From positions 124,001 to 188,000 of the forward strand of contig CAXHJY010001549.1 in the NCBI GenBank assembly GCA_964016885.1: a DNA stretch of 64,000 nt, in the 5' to 3' direction. The notes under the pieces are model-generated. The model saw only the letters and a program-made list of their open reading frames with translations. It was not told the DNA's origin and ran no database searches. The stretch is from Eledone cirrhosa (lineage: Eukaryota). The position numbers and the translations under genes were made by a program. Positions 12,500 through 25,791 of this stretch are shown one piece after another (within the stretch, counting starts at the first letter, position 1; every line of letters begins with the position of its first letter).

Positions 12500-13129
12500 G
12501 GCTGGAGAGTCAACATTGAAAGTACAACAAAATATGAGACGTAATCAGCAGTGAAATAGGGTATTTTAAATGTATCTTCTTTTATAAGAGGCCAGTAAAG
12601 TAGTGAATATAGGGGAGAGTACTGGGTGTTTACGTTGGTCTCTAAGAAACAATAATTAAAATAACATACTTGTGTATAATCACAATCCTCTCTGTCTGAC
12701 TGGTTTTTTTCTTTTTTTCTTGTCTTAGTATATCTTGGAAGTAGGTCTGAAGAAAAATATAAAAAGACGATATGGTCGCGGTTTCTAAATTTCTCATCAT
12801 GTATATGTCTGCTCTGACCTAATACGTCTAGTGGTATAGCTGACGAATTTAGATTCGTTTCACTGTTGAATCCCACGACGTGAAATCTTCGGCAAGTGTA
12901 TATTATTGGCAATATCGCTGCTAGAGAGTCGAGCGCCATGCTTTGACGCATAGAGTTACGGCCCTTTCCATTCTGAGTTCAAATCCCGCCAAGGTTAACT
13001 TTGCCTTTCATCCTTATGGGGTCGATAAAATAAAGTACCAGTAAGGCACTGGGAAATTGCTGGCCTTGTGCCAAAAGTAGAAACAATTATTATGAAAGCG
13101 TTGGAACGTTCCCAATATTGTCAATACAG

Positions 13130-13545
13130 TAATGGATAGGGTAATTTTTTTTACAATTACACCAATCACGGCCGAAATGCAGTTCCACCGAAGGGTCTTT
13201 GTAGTAACGTTACTCGATAGAGTGCGTAGCTCGGAGATAAGAGAAGAGTCACTATATGTAGAGCTTCGAATTGAGAAATCACAGCTCCGAAACTATGGAC
13301 ATGTGGTTAGAATGTCTCGGGAAAGAATCGCTCGACAGATTTTACGAGCAAAACGAACTGGCAGGAGACCAAGGGGTAGATCCCGAGCAAGTGGGTTGGA
13401 TAACATCCATGAGCTTGGCAGGTCTTGCTTGTGTATCCAGCCAGATCAGTTGGAGCCGGTTGCTTCTGACTGGACTCGCTGAAAGGAGGAGAGTTTGAGG
13501 ACTGCGCCCACGACCCTCTCACAAATAAGTGGGCGAAGAAGACAC
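13130..13545 (+). mobile_element. RTE-like LINE 3' fragment (second family); a related tail is inverted at ~1025-1100
   Basis: RVRSSEIRE...QLRNYGHVVRM..ERIARQIL....GRRPRGR. Confidence 0.8.
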
Positions 13546-13837
13546 CTATCTCACGTTGGGGGCGAAATTTAGGATGTTTATGAGCTGATGAAACTCATTT
13601 GCCCACATTTCTCAGGTTACTCTCTGAGGGTCCCCTACAGACTCGGATAATGGTCCCAAAAATATTTGGGGCATTAGAAATTGCCATGGTAACTTCCTAT
13701 CATCCCCACTTTTACTTTACTTCAGTGTTCTTTTCCCCTTATTCTACTTTTTTATTACTTTGGCATTTTTACCGAACATGCATTGTTGGGCTTCCAAATA
13801 ACCGAACTCATTTCTTATTTGTATCTCATATATATAT

Positions 13838-14017
13838 TATATAATATTTAATATAGAAATGGCTTCTACAGAACTAGAAGCTTCATTCGAAGGAAATTAT
13901 CAGGAAAGCTTTCCTGATGAGTTCCTTCAAATGAAACTGTTCTAGTCCTGTGATAGCCATTTCTATATTAAATATTATATACTCTACTATGTATTGAGTA
14001 CTTTACTTACTGTGGTT
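13838..14017 (+). mobile_element. Fold-back PLE-derived remnant with hammerhead core
   Basis: Imperfect palindrome 13838-13981 centred on AAGCTT; CTGATGA at 13914, GAAAC at 13933, GTC at 13945. Confidence 0.65.
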
Positions 14018-14818
14018 AGCATGGGTTAGACGTGTTTATCCCATTTGAGGCAAGTTGGGTCAAGTGACCATGTCTTGCTCATATAGGACTGTTTCTGGCT
14101 GGTTTTCTATGGCTGGATGCCCTTCCTAACGCCAATCACATTTACAGTGTGGGCTGGGTACTTTTTGTTGACTCCTACACAACCACTTTACAGTGTGGGC
14201 TGGGTGCTTTTTGCAGTGTAGGCTGGATGATTTGTGATACCAACATAACTTTACAGAGTAAGGGTGGTGTGGAAGGGAAGTGTAGATGTATATTGGATTA
14301 AGAGGTTGCTTACTGAGTGTAAGTTTAAGTCCGTGCACAAGGGAAGGCGGGCTTTCTGTATATCTATATCATCATCATCATTTTATGTCCGCTTTTCCCT
14401 TTAGTAACTATGAATTCTTGTTTTTCTTTGGGACTTGCATCCTCCAAATCCTTCATTGATGTCCTGAAGATACTTTAGTGTTACCTAGTAGCATTTAAGT
14501 TGAGATCTGTGTAGATGTTAATAAAATGATTTGAAGTTTTAACTTTGGATGTCAACTGACTTAAATTACACTCACATATAATACATATATATATTTCATT
14601 TATATATATGTATACTATATATATTATATAAAAATATATACTTATATATATCTAATATAATGTAATATAATACAAAATGAAAACTAAGGTTTAAAGCACC
14701 ATAACAAAAATAATAGTGGATTTTTTTACTTATTATATACATACATAAATTATATATAATATATACTTATATACATATAATACACACATATTATATATAC
14801 ATATATATATATACTATA

Positions 14819-15727
14819 TCATCATCATCATCTTCGTTTAACGTCCATTTTCCACGCTAGCATGGGTTAGACGGGAGTTGTCCCACTTGAGGCAAGGTAG
14901 GTCGTGTGACCGTGTCTCGCTCATATAGGACTATCTGGCAGGTTTTCTACGGCTGGATGCCCTTCCTAACACCAACCACATTTACAGTGTGGAACTGGGA
15001 ACTTTTTTACCGTGTTACCTACATAGCCACATTACAGCGTCGACTGTGTGTGTGTTTTTTTTTTGTCGTGACACCTACACAAACTCGATCTCATTTTCTC
15101 GTGCTGTTGGTGGGAGTGGGAGGATAGGGTAGGGAAAGTGGATTGGGGTGTGTTTGGTTAAGAGGTGCCTACTGACTGTAGGTTTCGCTTTGTACATAGG
15201 CAAGGCGGGTCTTCTGTATTACTGCATAGCGCCAAAGATCTCGGTCTAGCGACATTGTCTTAGAGAGATGTAAGTGTGTGAGGTCGGAATTTATCAGATC
15301 ATCCCAGGTTTTTCTGGGTCTACCTACTCCGTAATTACCATCAATTTTGATCGCCCTGCACTTTTTTATGCAGCTGTCGTCTTTCATGCGCATCACGTGA
15401 CCATACCAACGTAGTCTTCTCACAAATAAACAGCATCTGATCCCTCTTATTCCTAATTTCTCACTTAATTCATTTATGCTTTGCCGTTCACGTATATTAC
15501 TATTACACATCCAGCGGAGCATGCATGCTTCGTTCCTTTCCAGTCTACGCAGGTTCTCTGCACGTAATGCCCATGTCTCACTGCCATGTAGCATTGCTGT
15601 TCGTATACAGGCATCATACAATCTGCCTTTCATTTTTAGAGAGAAACCTTTTGTGGCCAACAGCGGTATAAGCCCTCTGAACTTTTTCCATCCCGTTCTG
15701 ACTCTGGCTACTGTACTTTCAGAACAT
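14819..15727 (-). mobile_element. RTE LINE 3' fragment, same family as 8827-10225
   Basis: ORF 15169..15747 nearly identical to the C-terminus of 9206..10195; (CAT)n tail; TA flanks. Confidence 0.92.
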
Positions 15728-15731
15728 ATAC

Positions 15732-15762
<31 letters not shown>

Positions 15763-17526
15763 AGGAAGAATTCAGAAGGATATACTAAAATTATTAATTA
15801 TTTCTTTAAGATTCTATTTGTAACATAACAAAAGGCAAAAATATAGGATGGAAGTTTTTAACTTAAATTGAAACCCTTAAAAACAAGTGGTTTTATATCA
15901 TGAAATCAAAGACAGTTTTTCATAACTAAAGAGTTATGAAACAGGGAGGAATAAGTTAGTAAATATACAAAAGAGTAAACACAAGAGAAATTTTGCTGAA
16001 ACAATTTTTATTTTGATGGTTGTGTTGGTGTCCAATGCAGGTATGTACACTTTATACAATAAACCAATTAGGAGGGGGAGAGAGAGAAGTGAAACAATGA
16101 CGACAGGCTTCAACAACTTTCATCAAGCCTCTCAGCATGCTGATTACAATATGTTAAGATCAAAAACTTCAGACTAAAGGTATATGCCACACAGCCCCCA
16201 ACCAATCCCATTCCATTTCTTCAACTAAAATGAATTAAAATTCTCAATTAAATGCTGACTGAATTACTAAGCTATGATGAAGCTTGTACAAAAATACATG
16301 TTTACCTCGATATCATTTACACACAGCATGGTTTCTAGAATGATCTGAATGTTGAAAGTAAAATTCTTGGCAGGAAGATCAAGTCTGAGCTCAAAGGGTT
16401 CACACATTTGTTTTAATTTAATTTATTGTTTTCATATGATTTAATATTAATGATGATTTAATATCTGGCAAAATAATCTAACTCCTGAAATATGCCAGTC
16501 TGGTTGTACATTAATTAACTTTGTTATCAAAACCTTCCAAGTTAAAATGATGTGGTATGTTTCCTACACCACCCTCTTTTTTATAAATTCATTTAAACCC
16601 CTTAGCATTTACATTACTCTATATATACCATTATATTTTCATGGTTAGAGTTTACTTCACATAATATCGAATCTATGAGATTTTGATATTATTTATTATG
16701 AGAACAATACCTTAATATAAGTATGAGTGGCCAGTTATGGCCAGTTTGAACTGAAAGAGATGAGAGAATTCTGGCCAGATATGGCAGGTTTAAATGCTGA
16801 AGGGTTAAATCAAATAAAATTGTAAATGAAAATGCTGACTAAATTATGTTAAGCTATGATGAAACTTATACAAAAATATGTTTGCATGAGTGTGATTTCC
16901 ACAGTACTCATTCTAGAACAATCCACATATTTGCAAGTAAACTTCTTGGTAAGAAGATCACCAATACCTAATTTGAAAACACAGCTTTAAAACCATAATA
17001 AATTAAAAAATGAATCACCTAGTGCTACATCCTACAATGATGATCCTGTAACGTTTGGAATAGCACAAAAACAAAGTTAATAGCTGGCAGTGAGCTGAAG
17101 TATTTAGTTCTGTACAACATTATTTGAAGGGGAAGTTTACATTAGAAAATAAATCTAATCATATTTTGTTTTGTTCATTAAAACAACAGAATTCATGAAT
17201 GTATGACAGAAAAGATACAGTTTCTTGTAATTGATGCCAATATTATGTAGAATTGACTTAAGACTGATACAATAAACTACAAACACTTAAAGAATTTTGC
17301 CCACATTAAATACAGCTTCCAAAGTTGTATGTCACAAGATAAAAGGAATGAAGTTAATTGTAATTTAAAAAAAAAAAAAGTAGGGAAAGAGGGTAGGGTC
17401 AAGAATTCTGAAACACTGACAAAAAGATTCATAACAAAAAAGATTCATAACATTCAAGTGAATGAATAATAGCTGTCAGCAGACACAGCACACTGATATA
17501 ACAAATTTAATGTTAAAAAGGGTTTA

Positions 17527-17701
17527 CAGGTAAAATTCTGTTATAACGAATACCATTATAACGAATTTTTCAGTATAACAAAATTTTTTCTATCCCCAAC
17601 CACACGCTTGATGTGTTAGGTTGATCTCATTATAAAGAATTTTTCGTTACAACAAATTTTTTTTTATACCCCGTGAATTTCGTTATAACGGAATTTCACT
17701 G
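17527..17701. mobile_element. Tc1/mariner-pogo-type MITE; inverted copy at 3688-3876
   Basis: TA-CAGGTAAAATTCTGTTATAACGAA...TTCGTTATAACGGAATTTCACTG-TA. Confidence 0.8.
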
Positions 17702-18015
17702 TATATGGTGTTTCAGTGCTGATATTAGCAATGGCATGGAGGCAGGACAATAAGATTAAGGGAATAACACAAGACAACACTCTTGCCAATTTCCATAACA
17801 CATACATATATTCATATATTAATATACAAATCTATAGTTATATATATATATATATATATATATTTTTTTATATATTTTTGTTGTTTTTGTTTCTTCAGTT
17901 TTCTTTCCCCATTTCAATAGCTTTGTTCATGGGATAAAAATAATTCCAATTAAAATATAGTGATTTTATGGATGTTTTTTTTTCTTTTTTTCTTTTTCTT
18001 TTTTTCTTTTTATTT

Positions 18016-18079
<64 letters not shown>

Positions 18080-18213
18080 TGAGTGCTGGAATGAATTTTT
18101 AACTAAAAGAAAATTACAGCTTATACATACACTAGTGCAACAAGCTGCAGTTAAATTTCACTCTTGATTGAGATATATTGAGAGGGAGGGAGAAAGAGAG
18201 GAGAGAGACTTGA

Positions 18214-18335
18214 TTAAGCTTGTCCAGGTAAAGATTGTGAGACATCTACAACAGTTGGAGATGATACACTAAAGTTAGAGGGTGAGTCCTCATCCATAGT
18301 CACTACATTACTGTTATCTGTTACACCATCATCAT
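18214..18335 (-). CDS. Sp1-4: Sp1-4 terminal coding exon (acidic/Ser-rich tail, TAA stop)
   Basis: Poly-T tract plus CAG acceptor; phase-1 frame open for 40 codons: DDDGVTDNSNVVTMDEDSPSNFSVSSPTVVDVSQSLPGQA*. Confidence 0.8.
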
Positions 18336-18707
18336 CTGAAAAAAAAAAAGAAAAAAAGTTAAATGAGTATAATTAGCATCTCAATAAATTGATCAACTAC
18401 TTTTAACCCTTTATCATTTACATTACTCTATATTTACTATTGTAGTTTTGCAGTAAAGGATTTACCTCACATAATATCGAATCTATGAGATTTTTATATT
18501 TATTTTAAGAACAATACTTTAGCATAAGTATGAGTGGCCAGTTACAACCGGTTTAAACAGAAAGAGGTGAGAGAATTTTGGCCAGATATGGCCAGTTTAA
18601 ATGTTAAAGGGTTAAAAATATAAATTGGGGGGGGGGGAATATTCAATGTAATCAATTAAACCATCATTATAGGATAAATCAAAGATAGTATTTTATTTAA
18701 ACCTCAC

Positions 18708-18836
18708 CTGGATTTCCCATTATTGTTTGAGCAACTGGAGCAACTCGTTTGTTTTGATGAGTCTTCATGTGTTTGCTTAAATGATCACTTCGCATGAAGC
18801 GTTTGTTACATTCTTGACATACAAAACGTTTTTCTC
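18708..18836 (-). CDS. Sp1-4: Sp1-4 exon 6: zinc finger 3
   Basis: 129 nt; EKRFVCQECNKRFMRSDHLSKHMKTHQNKRVAPVAQTIMGNP; TAG acceptor, G|GTGAGG donor. Confidence 0.94.
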
Positions 18837-19895
18837 CTAAATAGAGATAAAAAAAAAGAGAAAAATTAGTTATAAAGAAATCCCGCAAAACTTTGAAGCT
18901 TTCAATTCAGTTAAAAATAACTTCTAAATAAACAGAAAATAATATATTGAAGTAAACGAGCAAGCTGCCTCATGTTTCAATTTTTTTCTAACAAATTTTA
19001 ATACTTTCGTCTAAGTATATAATATAGGGTAAGAGTGTATATTAGATGTTATCAAATGTAAGCTTGAAACAGAATGTATATAGGGTAAGAGTGTATATTA
19101 AATGTTATCAAATGGTGTAGTTCGCTTGAAGCATTGTATATAATGTATAATGTGGCCATGCTGACTTTAAACAGTAAACTAAAGTTGGAATATCAGCTGC
19201 ACAAGATATAATTATCCTGTTTACCTCTAACTTAGAACACACAATGAAGACTCTACATTGTCACTTGACCAACTAGAAATAACAGCCAAGAATCCTTCAA
19301 ATCATACCCCTAAGAAAATAGAGTAACTGGGATTGAAAAGAAAAAAGATGAGATAGTTACAACAGAAATGCCTTTAATCACTGGACTACTCATTTGGATG
19401 ATGCTAGTTGCAGAAAAATTTCAAATATATGGTCATGTTGTTATAATTGTCATAATTATTCACAAATATTATCTCATGTTATTTGAAATCCAAAAGACAT
19501 ATCAGCTGTGAATCTAAAGTATTTGCCTACAGAGCGCAAGGGTATGTTATGCTCTGAATAAGGCGCATAACTGCTAGTCAACAAGGGAGTCTTTAACCAG
19601 ATGTTTATTTTACTAGAAATAATGAAATCACAGTAAAATCAGATCCCACTAGCTTAGAAAAGAGAGGGTTCTGCTAGTACATCACCCTAGACTCATATTT
19701 TATTTGTTGGCCTTGGCCAGAATTTCAACACAGAACACAAAGAGCCGAAATATATCACACAAAACATTCTGTATGATGTTCCACTGCTTCTGCCAATTTG
19801 CTGAAGAAAGTCCATTGAGGTATTTATTTGTAGTGCATCTGAGCACTGTACACAATAATTTTCATTATTGCTATATTATTATTATATTATTATAG

Positions 19896-20090
19896 GGCGG
19901 TGAATTGGCAGTATCGGTAGAGGGTTGGACGTCATGCTTTCTAGCATAGTTACGTCCCTTTATGGTCTGAGTTCAAATCCCGTCGAGGTTAACTTTACCT
20001 TTCATCCTTACGGGGTCGATAAAATAAAGTACCAGTAATGTACTGGTTGATTGCTGGCCTTGTGCCTAAAGTAGAAACAATTATTATTAT
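19896..20090 (+). mobile_element. tRNA-derived SINE with conserved CCTTTCATCCTTACGGGGTCGATAAAAT central domain; more than a dozen copies in the window
   Basis: B-box GAGTTCAAATCC and (ATT)n tail; copies at 11595-11777, 12020-12160, 12950-13090, 27610-27893, 44985-45405, 56300-56490, 60897-61030, 62850-63035, 63862-64000. Confidence 0.88.
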
Positions 20091-20399
20091 ATTAGCCCTA
20101 TATTTTCTTAGTTCAAGCAGAATCTCAACTTTGCCTTTCATCCTTCTGAGATGAATAAAATAAGTGTACCAGAGTCAATTTAATTGACAAAATATTAAAT
20201 GAAATAATGATGTATATACTTTATATTTCTGCATGCTTTGCTCACAAAAATCGACATAACTAAGCAGAGGTTCAAAACAAGCTCATATACTTCAAAAACA
20301 TTTGATACGATTTTAAAGAAACAATGCAGTTATTAATAATAAGAGTTAAAATTAATGCATGCAAGATTTCCCAGCTCTAGCATCCTTCCTTCATATTTA

Positions 20400-20678
<279 letters not shown>

Positions 20679-21879
20679 TCAAAACTAATTAAAAACTGAA
20701 ATCTAATTTGAAAAAACAAACAAAAAAAACACAGGAATTACTTGATTCAATAAATTAATATTCAGATACTTTCTAGAAAGTAATTGTTAGTTTAACCCTT
20801 AAGCATTTACATTACTCAATATTTACTATCATATTTTCATGGTAAACACATTATCTCATATAATATTGAATCTACAAGATTATTTATTTTTAGAACAATA
20901 CCTTAATATAAGTATGAGCAGCCAGTTATGGCTGGTTTGAACAGAAAGAGGTGAGAGAATTCTGGCCAGTTTAATGCTAAAAGGTTAAAGGGGTGAATCA
21001 CTGACCAAACAGTAATAATCTCAAATCTTATATCTACAGCTATTGTGTTGTGCTCTTGAGCAAAGCCAACTAGTCAGCCTACTCCAGTTTAAATGACTAA
21101 TAATAATAATAATAGAGACATTCCTACTTTACAGGAAGTAAGAAGGGCATCTTGCTATAGAAACAACTGCTACAAAAAAAAAAAAAAATTTAAATACCCC
21201 ATTCATGAAAAGTGACAGAAGCCAAAGAAATTACTGACCACTTAACTGAAGGGTTGTGATTTCTAATCTCAGAACTGGTACCATGTTATGTCCTGAGGTG
21301 TCCAGCCATAGAGCAGCAGTACAGTTAAGAGTAATAAACTCTTTGGAAAATGACAAATGTTTTGATTGTTTAGAAATCCATACTTACAATTTTAACTGGG
21401 ATTTCAATGATACTCATATAATAAATGTAATTGCAATGAATGACTCAGAATTCTCATTTATCAGGCAACAACAGTTTTATAAATTAAACCTTAATACTTA
21501 CCACTGCCTTCTAAAAGACAATTTCCTGTTTCAGGAGAAAGATTTAGCATATTCATTTCATTACAATTCCATAGTAAAATTAATTCACCAAACTCTTAAC
21601 TAAACAAACCAATATTTCAAATAGCACCACTTAAGCTCAAGTCATATTAAACGGTTAACTTCTCCTTTAGAGAGTATTTTTACAATATTTATATCAACAT
21701 TACATCTCAATTAGTTTGATCTCTGACATTTGGTGGTTTATTATTAGATATAAATATGGTACCAGACTACTTTTAAACTATTATTGGACATATATATGGT
21801 ACCAAACTACTTTTAAATGATGGGATCTTTATTCTCTAAACTAAGAATAGTAATGCTCTCATTCCCAAGGTCATATATA

Positions 21880-22222
21880 TAATAATACAAGGACGATTGG
21901 TTAAGCCTTCATTACGTTTATTGATTGGTGACGCGCATTTCACTATTGATCAGCTCAAGGTTCAATCTGTATTGATCTGGCCCGACTCTGGAATCAAAAG
22001 CTTGTTGGACCTCTGTTGTAGTAATGACAGAAGTCTGACGAGCTTTTGACTCCAGAGTCAGGCCAGATCGAACCATGAGCTGATCAATAGCGAAACACGC
22101 GTCACCAATCAATAAACGTAATGAAGGCTTAACCAATCGTCCTTGTATTATTACACTCTGTATAGCTCTACACCTCGCTAGTGATGTGAACCTAAACACC
22201 TGGGTGAACCTACAGTAACTTC
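21880..22222 (+). mobile_element. Fold-back element (~270-bp hairpin) with hammerhead motif; single-arm copy at ~58180-58355
   Basis: 21880-22153 imperfect palindrome; CTGACGA (22035)-gct...agc-GAAAC (22092)-acgc-GTC (22101). Confidence 0.7.
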
Positions 22223-22264
<42 letters not shown>

Positions 22265-22628
22265 TAGGATTGGTGCTCTGATATATATATATCCAGAAAT
22301 CCAGTTTTCAGCTCTGTACTTATCTATGAATAAGATATTTGAATACAATCAGAGCTAATTGAAATGAAGATTAGCTATAATATAAAAAATTGTAAATATG
22401 TTCTAAAGGTTCGAGTAAGTCTGACAAATTTAATTTTTATCAACTCATATATGTTCCAATAATGAAAAATATTGAAATGGTATGTACTGTTGACACACTC
22501 TTCTAATTTTATTACTGATACCTATAGGCTGATTTGACCTGAAAAGAAGCTTAAATCTGAACAACTAACAGCAGTCATCATACAACTATTAAAGAAATCT
22601 TGTGTAATATTCTATTATTTTGACTTAC

Positions 22629-22718
22629 CTTAGATGTGCTCTTAAATGTGAAGTTTTACCATAGACTTTATTACATCCAGGGATATGACATGTATGTTGT
22701 TTCTTTTTCTCACTATTT
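22629..22718 (-). CDS. Sp1-4: Sp1-4 exon 4: zinc finger 1
   Basis: 90 nt; NSEKKKQHTCHIPGCNKVYGKTSHLRAHL(R); AG/GTAAGT splice sites, phase 2->2. Confidence 0.96.
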
Positions 22719-22781
22719 CTAAAAGACATTGAAAAATAAAAACAAAATTAGTTTATACTGTTCTGAATATAAATAACTGGA

Positions 22782-23151
22782 AATAGAAATTGTCATTGGT
22801 TTCTACTAGAATATATCTAAGTCCTCAAGGAAGCATTAGAAATTGTCTTTGGTTTGTATTAGAATATATCTAAGCCCTCAAGGAAGCATTAGAAATTGTC
22901 TTTGGTTTGTATTAGAATATATCTAAGCCCTCAAGGAAGCATTAGAAATTGTCTTTGGTTTGTATTAGAATATATCTAAGCCCTCAAGGAAGCATTAGAA
23001 ATTGTCTTTGGTTTGTATTAGAATATATCTAAGCCCTCAAGGAAGCATTAGAAATTGTCTTTGGTTTGTATTAGAATATATCTAAGCCCTCAAGGAAGCA
23101 TTAGAAATTGTCTTTGGTTTGTATTAGAATATATCTAAGCCCTCAAGGAAG
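22782..23151. repeat. 53-bp minisatellite, ~7 copies
   Basis: Unit ATTAGAAATTGTCTTTGGTTTGTATTAGAATATATCTAAGCCCTCAAGGAAGC. Confidence 0.95.
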
Positions 23152-23480
23152 AATTTGTTTAACAAGTACTTCATGGAGCTATTATGATTTAAGATGCTAC
23201 AGAAGTGTAAAAAAACTAAAATGTTAAAATGTAGGAGTGTTAGGGTAAACGAAAAGATAAAGCTGAATATCATGAGACATTATCAAATGTAAACTTGGAA
23301 TAGAAGGTGTATATAATGTAAGAGTGTATATTAGATATTACCAAATGTAAACTTGGAATAGAAGGTGTATATAATGTAAGAGTGTATATTAGATATTATC
23401 AAATGAAAACTAGGAATAAAGTGTATATATGGTAAGTGCTCTATCGATTACTGACAATCCACTGCCCTAATAATAATGAT

Positions 23481-23694
23481 TTCTAGTATAGGCACAAGGC
23501 CAGTAATTTAGGAGGAGGGGGAAGTCGATTAAATCAACCCAAGTACATTACTGGTGTTTTATTTTATCAACCCCATAAGGATGAAAGGCAAAATTAACCT
23601 CAGCAGGATTTGAACTCAGACCGTAAAGAGCCATAACTCAATGCTGCAAAGCATGGTGTCCGACTATCTTCTGATACTGCCAATCCATCGCCCT
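23481..23694 (-). mobile_element. Same SINE family with a clear target-site duplication
   Basis: CACTGCCCTAATAATAATGAT repeated at 23460-23480 and 23695-23715. Confidence 0.85.
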
Positions 23695-23792
23695 CACTGC
23701 CCTAATAATAATGATAATGAAAAACAAGACCTCAATAGCTGAAATATAAATAATATAAGATGTGACTGTAAGGCAGGTATTTTTTCACTTAC

Positions 23793-24003
23793 CTCCCTTC
23801 TGAATCTCTGCAATTGGGACAAGTACAAGCAACCCTTCGTAGTCTCTTGCCAGGTACCACATCTGTGCTTTGTTGTTGTTGCTGTTGCTGTGGACTGTCA
23901 GCGGGGCTTAGGGGGCCGATCGGAGTGGGTGTTTGTGATGTAGTTTGAACCACTTGCCACTTTGAAGGGTCACTAGGGTCCGGCTGTAGATGACCATGAG
24001 GTG
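23793..24003 (-). CDS. Sp1-4: Sp1-4 exon 3: Buttonhead (Btd) box
   Basis: TTTCAG acceptor; 211 nt; translates (A)PHGHLQPDPSDPSKWQVV...GKRLRRVACTCPNCRDSEG(R); AG|GTAAGT donor; phases 1->2 fit both neighbours. Confidence 0.95.
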
Positions 24004-24294
24004 CTGAAATAATGCCAGTAACAATTGTTGAAACAACATATCAAAGTAACAAAAAGAAAAGGTATAACTGCAATAGGAATATTACTGTTATTACATAAAT
24101 GCACATGTACAATGTTAGCCCTTAATGTCCTGTACCACATGAAACCACATTAGCAAGACATTTTTGGAAAGTACAAAACAGCACCATGATTGCATTACAT
24201 TAAAAATGAAAGTATTTACTCTAATATTGAAAATATTTGCAACAATGTGTGCTCAGGTGAAGATACTATAAACATTTGAATTAACAAACCCATT

Positions 24295-24503
24295 TAACCC
24301 TTTAGCATTTACATTACTCTGTATATACTATTATATTTTCACAGTAAAAGCCTTTACCTCACATAAATATCTCACAGAAGATCGAATCTATGAGATTTTG
24401 ATATTATTAACTTTAGTATGAGTGGCTGGTTACAGCCGGTTTAAACAGAAAGAGGTGAGAGAATTCTGCCTGGATATGACCGGTTTAAATGCTAAAGGGT
24501 TAA
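24295..24503. mobile_element. piggyBac-type MITE (~210 bp)
   Basis: TTAA-CCCTTTAGCATTTA...TAAATGCTAAAGGG-TTAA; copies at 1954-2150, 3043-3240, 16594-16808, 18403-18614, 20792-20987, 28803-29263, 29334-29500, 47832-48059. Confidence 0.85.
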
Positions 24504-25134
24504 ACATTTTCTAAATCATTACAGGATGTTAAAAGTTTTAAAAAGGCATGCATACATTTTTTTTAAGCAGAAAAATAAAATTTATGCAGCACACATTATT
24601 CATTCACGATTCACATTCGCCCATCATATAGCTATAACATTGATGATGCAGTCTTTCATAGTGAGGGAGGGGGGGGGGGGGGGGGGGGGGGTAGAACTAA
24701 TTTAAAAAAAGATCTTCTAACAGATATTGTTATGTATATTGTCAATCTCCGAGAGAAGTACTAAATAGTTGACAATGTGTACTGAAGTTTATCCCAACTG
24801 TTACAAACTTATGAAATTGAAAAAAGCAAAAAACAAAATCTCCCTTCCTGGGTCAGAACAGAAAACAATGACAAGATTTGACCAGAGCAAGATTTCAACT
24901 CCACGCTACAAACTAATGTAACTCTAAATAAGAAATGTTCTATACCATTCAATAGTATCTAGCCTGGAAAACTGACAGTAAAGAGAGAAAAATATTAGAT
25001 AACATACAGTCCAGGAGTGGGTTAATCAATTTGTAATTTGGGATTCAATCTCTCAGCATGGAACCCTCTGCAAAAGCATTCTGGTAAACAGAAATTGTAA
25101 GGAAGCTACTTGTGTGTGTATGTGTGTTATATAT

Positions 25135-25522
25135 GAGTAGACTGGATAGAAATGAAGCAGCCATGCCTTGCTGGATGTGCAGTGTAAATATGAGAGAAAG
25201 GCAGAGCTTAGATGAACTGAGGGAGAAGCTGGGATTAAAAGGAATCTGAGGTGGTGTGCAGGAGAGAAGACTGCATTGGTACAGATATGTGATGCTCATG
25301 GATGATGAACAATGGGTGAAGAGGTGCCAGGAAATGCCTGTGGATGGAAGCTGCAGTAGCGGCAGATCGAGAAAAACCTGGGCAGAGGTGGTGAGAGCTA
25401 ACCTCAAATTGCTGACACTTACAGAGAAGAGGACGAAGAAACACAGTGAGTGGAGAGATGCTGTGCTGGAAAGAACCTGTCCAACCCATGCACAGAAAAA
25501 TGGATGTAAAAATGATGGTGAT
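25135..25522 (+). mobile_element. Degenerate RTE LINE 3' end
   Basis: QERRLHWYRYVMLM...GRSRKTWAEVV; related fragments on the minus strand at ~26580-27130 and ~46440-46660. Confidence 0.8.
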
Positions 25523-25529
25523 ATATAAA

Positions 25530-25790
25530 TTGAGAATAGAATTAGAAGCTTTCATATATGTATGTATGTAAAAGGTAAACAGAAATAAAAACACAATCGG
25601 TACAGTATATGGAAGGTATATATTAGGTTAACGCTTGATATAGCAGGAAGAGGGTCATAACATTTCGGACGCTAGTCCTTCATCAGAAGAAAGAATGAGA
25701 AATAAAATAGATTGAGGAGACAGGCGGGGTGGAATTGGAAAAAATGTCTTTAGATAAAAATAACAGGTCCATTCATGTTGACATCTCTTG
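25530..25790 (-). mobile_element. PLE-like pLTR fragment with minimal hammerhead; other copies at ~57630-57850 and ~61860-61930
   Basis: Minus strand reads tctt-CTGATGA-A-ggac(tagc)gtcc-GAAATGTTA; the 57718-57756 copy has GAAACGTTAAGA. Confidence 0.65.
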
Positions 25791-25791
25791 C

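Noticed and set aside
22782-23151. CRISPR-like arrays (also 45821-46285, 49021-49241)
   Set aside because: Head-to-tail units without unique spacers; eukaryotic context, no cas genes
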